From: Verrucomicrobiia bacterium
Lineage (GTDB): Bacteria; Verrucomicrobiota; Verrucomicrobiia; Limisphaerales; UBA1319
Direction: 5' to 3'
Assembly: GCA_963664225.1 (NCBI GenBank)
Contig: OY760937.1
Span: forward strand, 704,001-768,000
Length of the DNA: 64,000 bases
Positions 40,081-48,894 of this stretch are shown here, piece after piece; within the stretch, counting starts at the first letter, position 1, and the number at the start of each line of letters is the position of its first letter. The notes under the pieces were generated by a model that was given only the letters and a program-made list of their open reading frames with translations, was not told where the DNA came from and did no database searches. The position numbers and the translations under genes were made by a program.

Positions 40081-40524
40081 GGTCGAATATCCCAACCTGC
40101 CAATCAGGCGAAAGTCGAGCGGTCCATCGTGGATCTGGAACCTTGATACAATCAAGTCACAGGTATTTAGAATCGGCTTTCGCCTGACCTTTGTGGGGCA
40201 TAGAGCAAATTGATGCAATCAATGACCCGGCGCATGAAGTCCGATAATCACACAAATCTTTCACTGCCCAACGACCAGTTTGACACCGAGTTGGAAGACC
40301 ATTGCGCGGCCATCCATGATCCCAGTTTGATGCCAGAAAGGCACTTCATCGGGCGTGGGATTCTTCGTAAAAACAAACCCGCAGGATTCGATCTCCGACA
40401 TCAGCAAAGGAAACAACTTGGAGCTGTCTTCGGTAAATCCAGGTGCTTTCGCATTCGCGTGGTCTTTCGTGAAGGAGCTGGCGCGTACGCCGAATCGAGT
40501 CTTGACAAGTGTGGTGGTAATTGT

Positions 40525-40867
40525 ATACGAGCACCACGGTCCAAAAGGGCATCTCGGTTTTGCCCCGCGCATTTCACCGGACCATTTCCGCGCGCCGTTC
40601 ACTGCGGCGGAAGGTTGGGGGACGTTTTCGCAAACGCGGCAGGCTCAGGGCCAGAAGGAAACCATTGCGGTCAAATACGGCAAATTACGTTTACGAACGT
40701 TGGCGTTTGAAATTGCCGAAGGATTCAGCCCATCCGGTGCGACTTTTGCGATCAAAGGAAAGAAGCTGGAGGCGCCGATCAAAGTGGAGGGTCGGCGGGT
40801 CATGGTCACGTTGCCCGAAGAGACCGTGATTATTGCGGGCGAGAGCATGGATTTGGAACTTGCCTGA
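40525..40867 (+). pseudogene. Orphan duplicate of the GH116 3' end (direct repeat copy 2)
   Basis: Encodes YEHHGPKG...VTLPEE identical to the GH116 C-terminus, then a diverged tail; no homologous 5' part. Confidence 0.85.
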
Positions 40868-40890
40868 TCGATTTTGCCCCTCTCAAAAAG

Positions 40891-40930
40891 AAACCGCCAT
40901 GTCAGGCACAATGCTGACATGGCGGCGTTT
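40891..40930. terminator. Hairpin terminator between the GH116 remnant and glnS
   Basis: CCGCCATGTCAG-loop-CTGACATGGCGG perfect 12-bp stem with A/T flanks. Confidence 0.75.
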
Positions 40931-40949
40931 AGCAAAACTGTTTACGGAT

Positions 40950-42653
40950 TCAGGATTGGTGGGTGGCCTGTTCAATCTTGGCCCAGGCGTCACGCAAAGT
41001 GACCGTACGGTTAAAGACGGGTTTGCCGGGTTTGCTGTCCACCGGATCCACGTTGAAGTAACCGAGGCGCTCAAATTGAAAGCGGGTTCCAGGAGCGGCA
41101 TTGGCCAGGCTGGGTTCCAGTTTGCAATTGGCGAGAGTGACCAGAGATTGAGGATTCAGGAAGGTCTTGAAATCCCTGCCTTCGGCATCCGCATCCGGTT
41201 GTTCGACGGTGAACATGCGGTCGTAGAGGCGCACTTCGGCGGATATGGCCTGCGGCGCGGAGACCCAATGGATCGTGCCTTTGATTTTGCGCCCGCTTGT
41301 GGGGCCACCGGCTTTTGACCCCGGATCGATGGTACAATGCAGTTCGACAACCTCCCCCTGATCATTCTTGACCACCTTTTCACACTTGATGATGTAGGCG
41401 TAACGGAGGCGGACTTCACCACCGGGAACTAGCCGGAAATATTTTTTGGGAGGCACTTCCTTGAAATCGTCCTGATCGATGTAGATCTCCCGTGAAAATG
41501 GAATCTTGCGAGTGCCGGCGGAAGGATCCTCCGGGTTGTTGATGGCGTCGAATTCCTCGGCCTGGTTTTCCGGGTAATTGGTCAGGACGACCTTGATGGG
41601 ATGCAGCACGGCCATGGCGCGGTGTGCGGATTTGTTGAGTTCCTCGCGCACGCAGTATTCGAGGAGGGCCATGTCGATGATGTTTTCACGCTTGGCCACG
41701 CCCACCTTTTCGCAGAAGGCGCGGATGGCTTCCGGCGGGTAACCGCGACGGCGCATTCCGGCGATGGTTGGCATGCGCGGATCGTTCCAGTCGCTGACAT
41801 TGCCCTCGGTGACCATTTGAAGGAGCTTGCGCTTGCTCATGACGGTGTAACCGAGATTGAGGCGCGCAAATTCGATTTGCTGCGGATGACAGGGGGTCTT
41901 CAGGGCGTCGAGAATCCAGTCGTACAAGGGCCTGTGGACTTCGAACTCGAGGGTGCAGATGGAATGGGTTATGCCCTCGATGGAATCAGACAGGCAATGG
42001 GCGAAATCGTACATGGGGTAGATGCACCACTGATTGCCCGTGCGATGATGCTCGGCTTTGCGAATGCGGTAGATGGCTGGATCCCGCATGTGAATGTTCG
42101 GGGAAGCCATGTCGATTTTGGCCCGGAGTGTCCGGGAGCCATCTGCGAACTCGCCTTTTCGCATCCGGCCAAATAGATCCAGATTCTCGTCCACGGAACG
42201 ATTGCGATAGGGGCTGTCCTTGCCCGGCACCGTGGGGGTACCACGGTTGGCTTTAAACTCGTCGGCGGTCTGGTCGCAGACGTAGGCCTTGCCCACGCGG
42301 ATCAATTCGACGGCGAATTGGTATAACTTTTCAAAATAATCGGAGGCGTAGAATTTTTTGTCCGCCCAATCGAAGCCCAGCCAGTGGACGTCTTCCTGGA
42401 TGGAGTCCACGTATTCCACGTCCTCGCGGGTGGGATTGGTATCGTCAAAGCGAAGGTGGCACACGCCTTCGAACTGTCTGGCAATGCCGAAGTTCAGGCA
42501 GATGGATTTGGCATGCCCAATGTGCAGGTAGCCATTGGGTTCTGGTGGAAACCGGGTGACGACTTTGCCCCCGTGTTTACCGGTCTTGTTATCCTCGACG
42601 ATGATCTGCCGAATAAAGTCGAGTGACGGAGTCGTTTCGGGCGTACTGCTCAT
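40950..42653 (-). CDS. glnS: Glutaminyl-tRNA synthetase
   Basis: [45 protein letters not shown]. Confidence 0.97.
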   Translation of the reverse strand: MSSTPETTPSLDFIRQIIVEDNKTGKHGGKVVTRFPPEPNGYLHIGHAKSICLNFGIARQFEGVCHLRFDDTNPTREDVEYVDSIQEDVHWLGFDWADKKFYASDYFEKLYQFAVELIRVGKAYVCDQTADEFKANRGTPTVPGKDSPYRNRSVDENLDLFGRMRKGEFADGSRTLRAKIDMASPNIHMRDPAIYRIRKAEHHRTGNQWCIYPMYDFAHCLSDSIEGITHSICTLEFEVHRPLYDWILDALKTPCHPQQIEFARLNLGYTVMSKRKLLQMVTEGNVSDWNDPRMPTIAGMRRRGYPPEAIRAFCEKVGVAKRENIIDMALLEYCVREELNKSAHRAMAVLHPIKVVLTNYPENQAEEFDAINNPEDPSAGTRKIPFSREIYIDQDDFKEVPPKKYFRLVPGGEVRLRYAYIIKCEKVVKNDQGEVVELHCTIDPGSKAGGPTSGRKIKGTIHWVSAPQAISAEVRLYDRMFTVEQPDADAEGRDFKTFLNPQSLVTLANCKLEPSLANAAPGTRFQFERLGYFNVDPVDSKPGKPVFNRTVTLRDAWAKIEQATHQS

Positions 42654-42796
42654 AATTCCAGCTCTCTTATAAAAATAAAGGTCCGATCAAAAACTATCGG
42701 AATTCATTATGCCCGCATGGGATAATTTGGCCAGAAAATTTGAGCTGGAGAGGCGGTGTGCCGGGAAAGAGGAAGGAATTTAAGGGAACAGAGGGG

Positions 42797-44362
42797 CTAT
42801 TTGGCGTACTCGACACATCGGGTTTCCCGGACCACGGTGATGCGAATCTGACCTGGATATTGAAGCTCTTCCTCGATTTTGTGGGCTATGCTGCGTGCCA
42901 TGGCGTAGGCTTCCTCGTCGTTAACGCTGTCGGGCTGAACCATGACGCGGAGTTCGCGGCCGGCCTGGACGGCAAAACAACGTTCGACCCCAGGGAAGGA
43001 TGCGCCGATCTTTTCAAGCTGCTCCAGACGTTTGATATACGTTGAAATATTTTCTGAACGCGCTCCGGGACGGGAAGCGCTGATGGCGTCGGCAGCACTG
43101 ATGATAAAGGCGAACGCGCTGGTGGGAGGAATTTCGCCGTGGTGTGCGGCAACACAATTGACCACAATGGCGGATTCCCCGTGGCGTTTAATGATATCGG
43201 CTCCTATGATGGCGTGAGCGCCCTCGATCTCGTGATTGACGGCCTTTCCAATGTCATGGAGAAGACCCGCCCGCTTGGCCACGGCAATGTCGAGACCCAG
43301 TTCCGCAGCCATGAGACCCGCCAGATGGGCAACTTCCACCGAGTGGTCGAGAATGTTTTGAGAATAACTGCGCCGATATTTAAGACGTCCGAGCAATTTG
43401 ACAATTTCCAGAGGCAGGGGAGGGATTCCAATTTTGAACACCGCTTCTTCGCCGGCGTGCAAGATGGATTCGTCCATTTCCTGGGAGACGCGAGCGACGA
43501 TTTCCTCAATGCGCGTGGGGTGAATGCGTCCATCCAGGATGAGCCGATGCATCGATTCGTGGGCAATCTGACGGCGAACCGGGTCAAAGGAGGAAAGAAC
43601 GACGGCGTTGGGAGTGTCATCGATGAGCACCGTGACGCCGGTGGCGGCTTCGAAGGCACGGATGTTTCGGCCTTCACGCCCAATGATGCGCCCTTTGATT
43701 TCCTCGTTGGGAAGAGTGATGGCCGCAGTGCTGTTTTCAAACGCGTGTTCGCCAGCGTATCGTTGAATGGCGGTGCTGATGATTTTGCGGGCTTCGTCTT
43801 CGGCTGTGGACCGCGCAGTTTCCAGAATATGCCGGGAAAGGTCTGCGGCATCCTTGAGGGTTTCCTGTTCTATTTCTTTGAGGATGGTTTCTTTGGCTTC
43901 GGTTTCGGTAAGGTGCGCAAGATGCAGAAGCTGATCACGGTGGAGTTGCTTTTGTTGCGCCAATTCAGCATGAGAGGCCTCCAATGCGCGGGCCTTGTCC
44001 TGAATGGCCTGTTGTTTGTCCTGAAGGTTTTTTTCCTGCTGCACCAAACCTTCCAATTGCCGGTTGATGAGCAGATCTCTTTCCGTGAGCCGACGCTCCA
44101 TTTCGATGATTTCCTGCTTTCGAGCGGTGCATTCGGCGGCGGTTTGTTGAAGTTTTCTTTCGGCTTCCTCGGCAGCGGTCTGCCGGGCTTCAGTAATCAG
44201 GGATTCCGCTTCATGCCTGGCATTGAGGAGGATGTCTTTTTCGCTGGCTTCGATGCGGGCCTTTTCGCGCATGCTTCGCCAGCGCCAGAGCCAAAGACCA
44301 GCTATGGCGCCCACGCTCAAGCTGGCGGCCCCTTCCACTAAATTGGTTGCCTCAATAATCAT
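42797..44362 (-). CDS. rny: Ribonuclease Y
   Basis: N-terminal TM + coiled coil; KH KGRIIGREGRNIR; HD motif GLLHDIGK; ADAISASRPGAR. Confidence 0.96.
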   Translation of the reverse strand: MIIEATNLVEGAASLSVGAIAGLWLWRWRSMREKARIEASEKDILLNARHEAESLITEARQTAAEEAERKLQQTAAECTARKQEIIEMERRLTERDLLINRQLEGLVQQEKNLQDKQQAIQDKARALEASHAELAQQKQLHRDQLLHLAHLTETEAKETILKEIEQETLKDAADLSRHILETARSTAEDEARKIISTAIQRYAGEHAFENSTAAITLPNEEIKGRIIGREGRNIRAFEAATGVTVLIDDTPNAVVLSSFDPVRRQIAHESMHRLILDGRIHPTRIEEIVARVSQEMDESILHAGEEAVFKIGIPPLPLEIVKLLGRLKYRRSYSQNILDHSVEVAHLAGLMAAELGLDIAVAKRAGLLHDIGKAVNHEIEGAHAIIGADIIKRHGESAIVVNCVAAHHGEIPPTSAFAFIISAADAISASRPGARSENISTYIKRLEQLEKIGASFPGVERCFAVQAGRELRVMVQPDSVNDEEAYAMARSIAHKIEEELQYPGQIRITVVRETRCVEYAK

Positions 44363-44964
44363 CAGGATGCGGCGTGCGGGCTGGCCACGATCCAGCGCTG
44401 TGGCGTCGCTATATAATCTACATGAATATCATGCGGCTCAACAGGGATTTCTGATCGGATTTGTTGTTCATATCCAACTCCGCAACGCAGTCCCTGTGTC
44501 ATCGGCAATAACCGATCGTAATATCCGCGTCCCCGACCCAACCGATAGCCACTAGAATCGAATGCTACTCCAGGCACCAGTATGAAGTCCAGCCGGTTTA
44601 ACGGAATCAAAGGGCAAACGGGACCAGGTTCGCGGACGCCAAAATGTCCCTCGGTAAGGTCCGTGTCCAGGTTTGAGATCGTGGCGGCCTCATAGGCATC
44701 CTTTTGCGGATTGTACCTGGGCAGACAGGCGGTGGCGCCTTTTTGAATGGCGATCTGGATCAAAGGCCAGATATCGACTTCCTTGAGAATGGGGGCATAG
44801 AAGAGAATGGATCTGGAATTCTGCCAGACGGGCTGTGTCGTGATGGTCTGCTGTACTCGGAGGGATTCCCGGGCCAGCCAGGTTGAATCGGCCTTATTAA
44901 ACAGGGATTTTATTTCCCGGCGCAGGGCTTCTTTTGAATTTAAGATGGTGGCTTGGTTGTTCAA
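44362..44964 (-). CDS. ygfA: 5-formyltetrahydrofolate cyclo-ligase
   Basis: SKEALRREIK, LVPGVAFDSSGYRLGRGRGYYDR, PVEPHDI; start inferred (TTG 44964). Confidence 0.9.
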   Translation of the reverse strand: MNNQATILNSKEALRREIKSLFNKADSTWLARESLRVQQTITTQPVWQNSRSILFYAPILKEVDIWPLIQIAIQKGATACLPRYNPQKDAYEAATISNLDTDLTEGHFGVREPGPVCPLIPLNRLDFILVPGVAFDSSGYRLGRGRGYYDRLLPMTQGLRCGVGYEQQIRSEIPVEPHDIHVDYIATPQRWIVASPHAAS

Positions 44965-45013
44965 ATCGAACCGCCTACATGGGCCATTGCGGCCTGACGA
45001 GAGGATTATAACA

Positions 45014-46387
45014 CTAACTTTCGGATTTTGCCAATTTGTCATTAACCATTGCGCGCCAGGTTGCCAGGCGCTCCTTAATCTTTTTCTCAGAGCCTTGATC
45101 CGATGGTTCGTAATAGTGTTTGCTGGAGGGGAAATATTCCTGCGCCACAAAGTGTCCGGGAAAATCATGCGCGTATTGGTAGCCTTGTCCATGTCCCAGC
45201 CTTTCCGCTCCAGAATAGTGCGCATCTTTCAGGTGTTCGGGTACTGCCAGCGTTCGGCCGTTACGGACGTCCTCGAGGGCGGCGTCAATTGCCATGATGG
45301 CGGAATTGCTTTTATTGGCGGTGGCGATGTAGATGGCCGCTTCGGCAAGCGGAATGCGGGCCTCAGGCCAGCCAATGAATTCGGCGGCCGCGCAGGCGTT
45401 CTGCGCGAGAATCAAGGCAAGGGGATCCGCCAGTCCGACATCTTCCGCCGCGCAAATCACCATGCGCCTGGCGATGAATCGGGGATCTTCGCCGGCATGA
45501 ATCATTTTAGCCAGCCAGTATAACGTGGCGTCCGGATCGCTGCCGCGCATGGACTTGATGAACGCTGAAATGGTGTCGAAGTGGGCATCCCCATCCGCAT
45601 CGTAAACCACCGCCTTTTTCTGAATGCTTTGCTCCGCCACGGGCAGGTCGATGTAAATGACTCCATCTGGACCGGGACTGGTGGTAAGCACCGCGATCTC
45701 CAGAGAATTCAAGGCTTTGCGAGCGTCACCATCAGCCATCCGTGCCAGGTGGCAAAGAGCGGGTTCCTCAGCTTTAATTTTGAGAAATCCCAGACCGCGC
45801 CCGGAATCCGTGAGTGCCCGATTCAACAAGGCCAGCAATTCTGATTCTGTCAAAGGGCGGAGTTCAAAGATTTGAGAGCGTGAAACCAATGGAGCGTTAA
45901 CGAAGAAGAACGGATTGTGTGTGGTTGCCCCAATCAACCGGACCACGCCGCTTTCAACGTCAGGAAGCAATACGTCCTGCTGTGTTTTGTTGAAGCGATG
46001 GATTTCATCGATAAAGAGCAGGGTCCGCTGATTTGAGTTGGCGAGGCGATTGGCCGCAGTGGCCAGGACGCGCCGTATGTCCCCAACATTGGACTCCACA
46101 CCGCTAAGGCGCTCAAATTTGGAGCGGGTTTGACCCGCAATTACACAGGCCAAGGAAGTTTTCCCTGTTCCAGGTGGACCATAGAAGATGAGGGACTGAA
46201 TGCGATCCGCCTCAATCGCTCGACGCAGCAACTGGCCGGGAGCCAGAATGTGGGTTTGCCCGGCGATATCGTCCAGGGTTCGGGGCCTCATCCGTGCGGC
46301 CAAAGGGGCATGCTGCCCGGCACTGGGAAGCGCCGCATCAACTGCATCCGAATTTTTTGGGTTAGCGAATAAATCGCCGCTGGACAT
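45014..46387 (-). CDS. rarA: Replication-associated recombination protein A (AAA+)
   Basis: PLAARMRPRTL, GPPGTGKT, DEIHRFNK, ISAFIKSMRGSDPDA, SNSA. Confidence 0.95.
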   Translation of the reverse strand: MSSGDLFANPKNSDAVDAALPSAGQHAPLAARMRPRTLDDIAGQTHILAPGQLLRRAIEADRIQSLIFYGPPGTGKTSLACVIAGQTRSKFERLSGVESNVGDIRRVLATAANRLANSNQRTLLFIDEIHRFNKTQQDVLLPDVESGVVRLIGATTHNPFFFVNAPLVSRSQIFELRPLTESELLALLNRALTDSGRGLGFLKIKAEEPALCHLARMADGDARKALNSLEIAVLTTSPGPDGVIYIDLPVAEQSIQKKAVVYDADGDAHFDTISAFIKSMRGSDPDATLYWLAKMIHAGEDPRFIARRMVICAAEDVGLADPLALILAQNACAAAEFIGWPEARIPLAEAAIYIATANKSNSAIMAIDAALEDVRNGRTLAVPEHLKDAHYSGAERLGHGQGYQYAHDFPGHFVAQEYFPSSKHYYEPSDQGSEKKIKERLATWRAMVNDKLAKSES

Positions 46388-46481
46388 GGAGTCAGAATAA
46401 CACGACGCAAAAAAATGCCAATGGACAAACGGGTCGGGCGAAGGGCGGAAGTTTAATTTAGGATGGGTTGCGTACAAAAAA

Positions 46482-46660
46482 GAACCCCACCGTAATGCCG
46501 TGTGTAAACAGTTCCTTTGAACTACTACGAAACAAGTGGAACCGCTCTAGTGGTTTTCGACGTCCAATTAAGGCCTGTCGGCTGCCAGATGAGTTGAGGT
46601 CCCGATTTTTATGTTTTACGGTTCAAGGACTTTGTTTCTTTACACGAACATGGCAGGGTC
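46482..46660 (-). ncRNA. ssrS: 6S RNA
   Basis: About 180-nt rod: 5' GACCCTGCCATGTTCGTGTAAA pairs with 3' TTTACACACGGCAT...GGGGTTC; CCTTGAAC/GTTCAAAGG flank an A-rich bubble; upstream of ygfA-rny. Confidence 0.8.
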
Positions 46661-46900
46661 AAGTGTCTGTCAAAAAGAAAGTGCTTTGTTAGATCGAACT
46701 AATGACTTCGAACCCTGATTCCAAACCCGGTCAATGGACTGATAACACTCACTTTTTGACAGGCTCACAACTGCTGTCAAAGTCGTCTTCAAAGATCAGT
46801 GGGCCAGCGCCCCGTTCCTGTATTTAATATCGTCCCGACCTCGCTTCGACTCAAGTGGAAATGCAAAAAAAACGAAAATATTTATCAGGCGTTAGGGCGT

Positions 46901-47746
46901 TCATTGGGTGTCACGCGGGGCGGGTGCTTCCGGGGGCAGGTTCGTGGAGGTCGAGTTGGTGTTGGCTGGCAAAGGAATCAGTTGTTCAGTGGTGGCGATG
47001 TCCGTTGACTTTATGGGCAAACTGTTGGTGGTCGTGTAGGGGACGGCATCTGAGCCAACGAGTTCTTCAGAGAGGACGACGAGGGCGATGCGGCGATTTT
47101 TTGCGCGGCCTTCGGCTGTGGAATTGTCGGCAATGGGATGGAATTCTCCATAGCCAACGGCCCCAAGGCGGCGGGGATCCACGCCACCAGATTCACTCAG
47201 AAAACGAACGGCTGCATTGGCGCGGGCGGTGGATAATTCCCAGTTGCTGGGAAAACGGTTTCTTGCAAGGGCTTTGATTGGAACATTATCGGTATGGCCG
47301 ATGACATGGATCTGGCGGTTGGGATATTGCTTGAGGACGTTGGCGATTTGTTGAAGAATTTTTTCTCCTTCGGCTTTGAGGACGGCTTCGCCGGAATCGA
47401 AAAGGATGCGATCGAGAATATTGACGGTGAGTTTTCCCTGGAGTTCGGAAATGGTTATGTCCTTGGATTGGAGCTCGTTGCGCATCTGGTCTTCGAGTTT
47501 CTTTTGGGCCTGGGTGAAGGCATCCTTTTCCTTTTGAAGGTTATCTATAAGTGATTGTTCCTGTGCGAGTTGTGTTTTGAGGAGCGCAAGCTGCGCCTGG
47601 GTTTGATCCGCGACGGTGCGGGCGGTGGATAATCCGGTCTGGGTCTGGGATAATTCGTTGCGCAACTGCCAGAATGACAGGAAGATAAACCCGCCAACCA
47701 CCAGGGCGGAAGTGACGATGGCGAATATCCAGGATTTCTTATTCAC
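46901..47746 (-). CDS. MotB/OmpA-like peptidoglycan-binding membrane protein with coiled coil
   Basis: N-terminal TM; ILFDSG, VIGHTDNVPI, SNWELSTARA, GRAKNRRI. Confidence 0.88.
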   Translation of the reverse strand: MNKKSWIFAIVTSALVVGGFIFLSFWQLRNELSQTQTGLSTARTVADQTQAQLALLKTQLAQEQSLIDNLQKEKDAFTQAQKKLEDQMRNELQSKDITISELQGKLTVNILDRILFDSGEAVLKAEGEKILQQIANVLKQYPNRQIHVIGHTDNVPIKALARNRFPSNWELSTARANAAVRFLSESGGVDPRRLGAVGYGEFHPIADNSTAEGRAKNRRIALVVLSEELVGSDAVPYTTTNSLPIKSTDIATTEQLIPLPANTNSTSTNLPPEAPAPRDTQ

Positions 47747-47859
47747 GCGGGCGAGGTTAGCGTTTGCGGGGTAAAACAGACAATCAATAATTGCGATTTG
47801 GAGCGTTCAACCGGTTGACCACGGGTTGAACGAAGCGGTCAACCGCCGGGGGCGTCGAT

Positions 47860-48837
47860 TCAAAACAGGAGGAAGGCTGTGCCACCCACCAGGGCGGCGA
47901 TGAGCCAGATGACGAGGACGGCGGTGGTGGGGCTGAGGCCCATGCGGACGAGGCGATGCGAAAGATGGTTGGTGTCGCCGATATAAAAGGGTTGACCTTT
48001 GCTCCACCTGAGGCAAACCACCCAGCCCAGATCGAACAGGGGCAGGGCCAGGACTAAAAGGGGTGTGATGACGGCCCAGCGATTGGGTTGGGAGGCGGTG
48101 TGGAAGTGGGGCAGGATGGCCAGGGTGGCCAGCCAGAAGCCGGTCAGGTGGCTTCCGGCATCTCCGAGGAAGGCGCTGGCGTGAGGAAAATTCCATGGAA
48201 GAAATCCGAGGAGCGCTCCGCAGGAAAGAAAACCGAGCAGCGCCACCAGGTATTGTCCGTGGATGGCGGCGTTCCATGAGAAAAACCAGGCGGCGACGAC
48301 TCCCAAGCCCGTGCATAATCCATTCATGTTGTCCATGAAATTAAAGGCATTGGTGACGGTCAGAATCCAGAGGATGGTGATGGCGTAGCTAAAAAAGAGG
48401 TTGGGAATGAAGAGGGTGATGCGGATTCCTGCAAACGCCACCAGGAATGCGATGGCAAACTGGCCCGCAAATTTGATCGAGGGCTTGAGTTCAAAACGAT
48501 CGTCGAGCAGGCCCAGACCCAGCATTCCCACAGCCCCAAAGAACAGGACGGCCATCTGGGTTTCACGCCGACTGAAACCGTGACGCAGGTAGTCGAGACC
48601 GGGGAGGTGGAGTGGAGGCAGATTCATGGCCAGCCATGCCGCGCACAAAGGGGCCAGAATGCCGGTCATGACGGCAAGACCTCCGGCCAGGGCCATGGGG
48701 GCGCTGTGAATTTTGCGGTGCCCCGGATCGTCCACCAGGCCGATGCGCCAGCAGAAGAACCGCCATAGGGGAAGGGAGGCAAAAGCGGCTATGGCCGCCA
48801 GTAACATGGCGGTGAAATAGATGAACAATATGGCCAC
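47860..48837 (-). CDS. MraY/WecA-family undecaprenyl-phosphate HexNAc-1-phosphate transferase
   Basis: DDPGHRKIH, GLLDD, NAFNFMDNMNGL, FLGDAGS, HLSHRL. Confidence 0.9.
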   Translation of the reverse strand: MAILFIYFTAMLLAAIAAFASLPLWRFFCWRIGLVDDPGHRKIHSAPMALAGGLAVMTGILAPLCAAWLAMNLPPLHLPGLDYLRHGFSRRETQMAVLFFGAVGMLGLGLLDDRFELKPSIKFAGQFAIAFLVAFAGIRITLFIPNLFFSYAITILWILTVTNAFNFMDNMNGLCTGLGVVAAWFFSWNAAIHGQYLVALLGFLSCGALLGFLPWNFPHASAFLGDAGSHLTGFWLATLAILPHFHTASQPNRWAVITPLLVLALPLFDLGWVVCLRWSKGQPFYIGDTNHLSHRLVRMGLSPTTAVLVIWLIAALVGGTAFLLF

Positions 48838-48894
48838 AATGTTCCCTGCGCCGCATCGTCAAGATGCGATTAACGCGCGGTTTTTCAATGGTGT

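Noticed and set aside
40143..40222. FNR boxes
   Set aside because: The TTGAT/ATCAA half-sites are spaced by 3 nt instead of 4 and lie downstream of genes.
36186..40867. Diversity-generating retroelement TR/VR pair
   Set aside because: The mismatches are not adenine-specific, the core changes are synonymous, and no reverse transcriptase is present.
40355..40867. Independent 170-aa gene
   Set aside because: Chimeric frame: an unrelated 5' part with a weak start runs into the GH116 duplicate; treated as a remnant.
46901..47746. Flagellar stator motB
   Set aside because: No motA partner, and the TM lacks the conserved Asp motif; called MotB/OmpA-like only.
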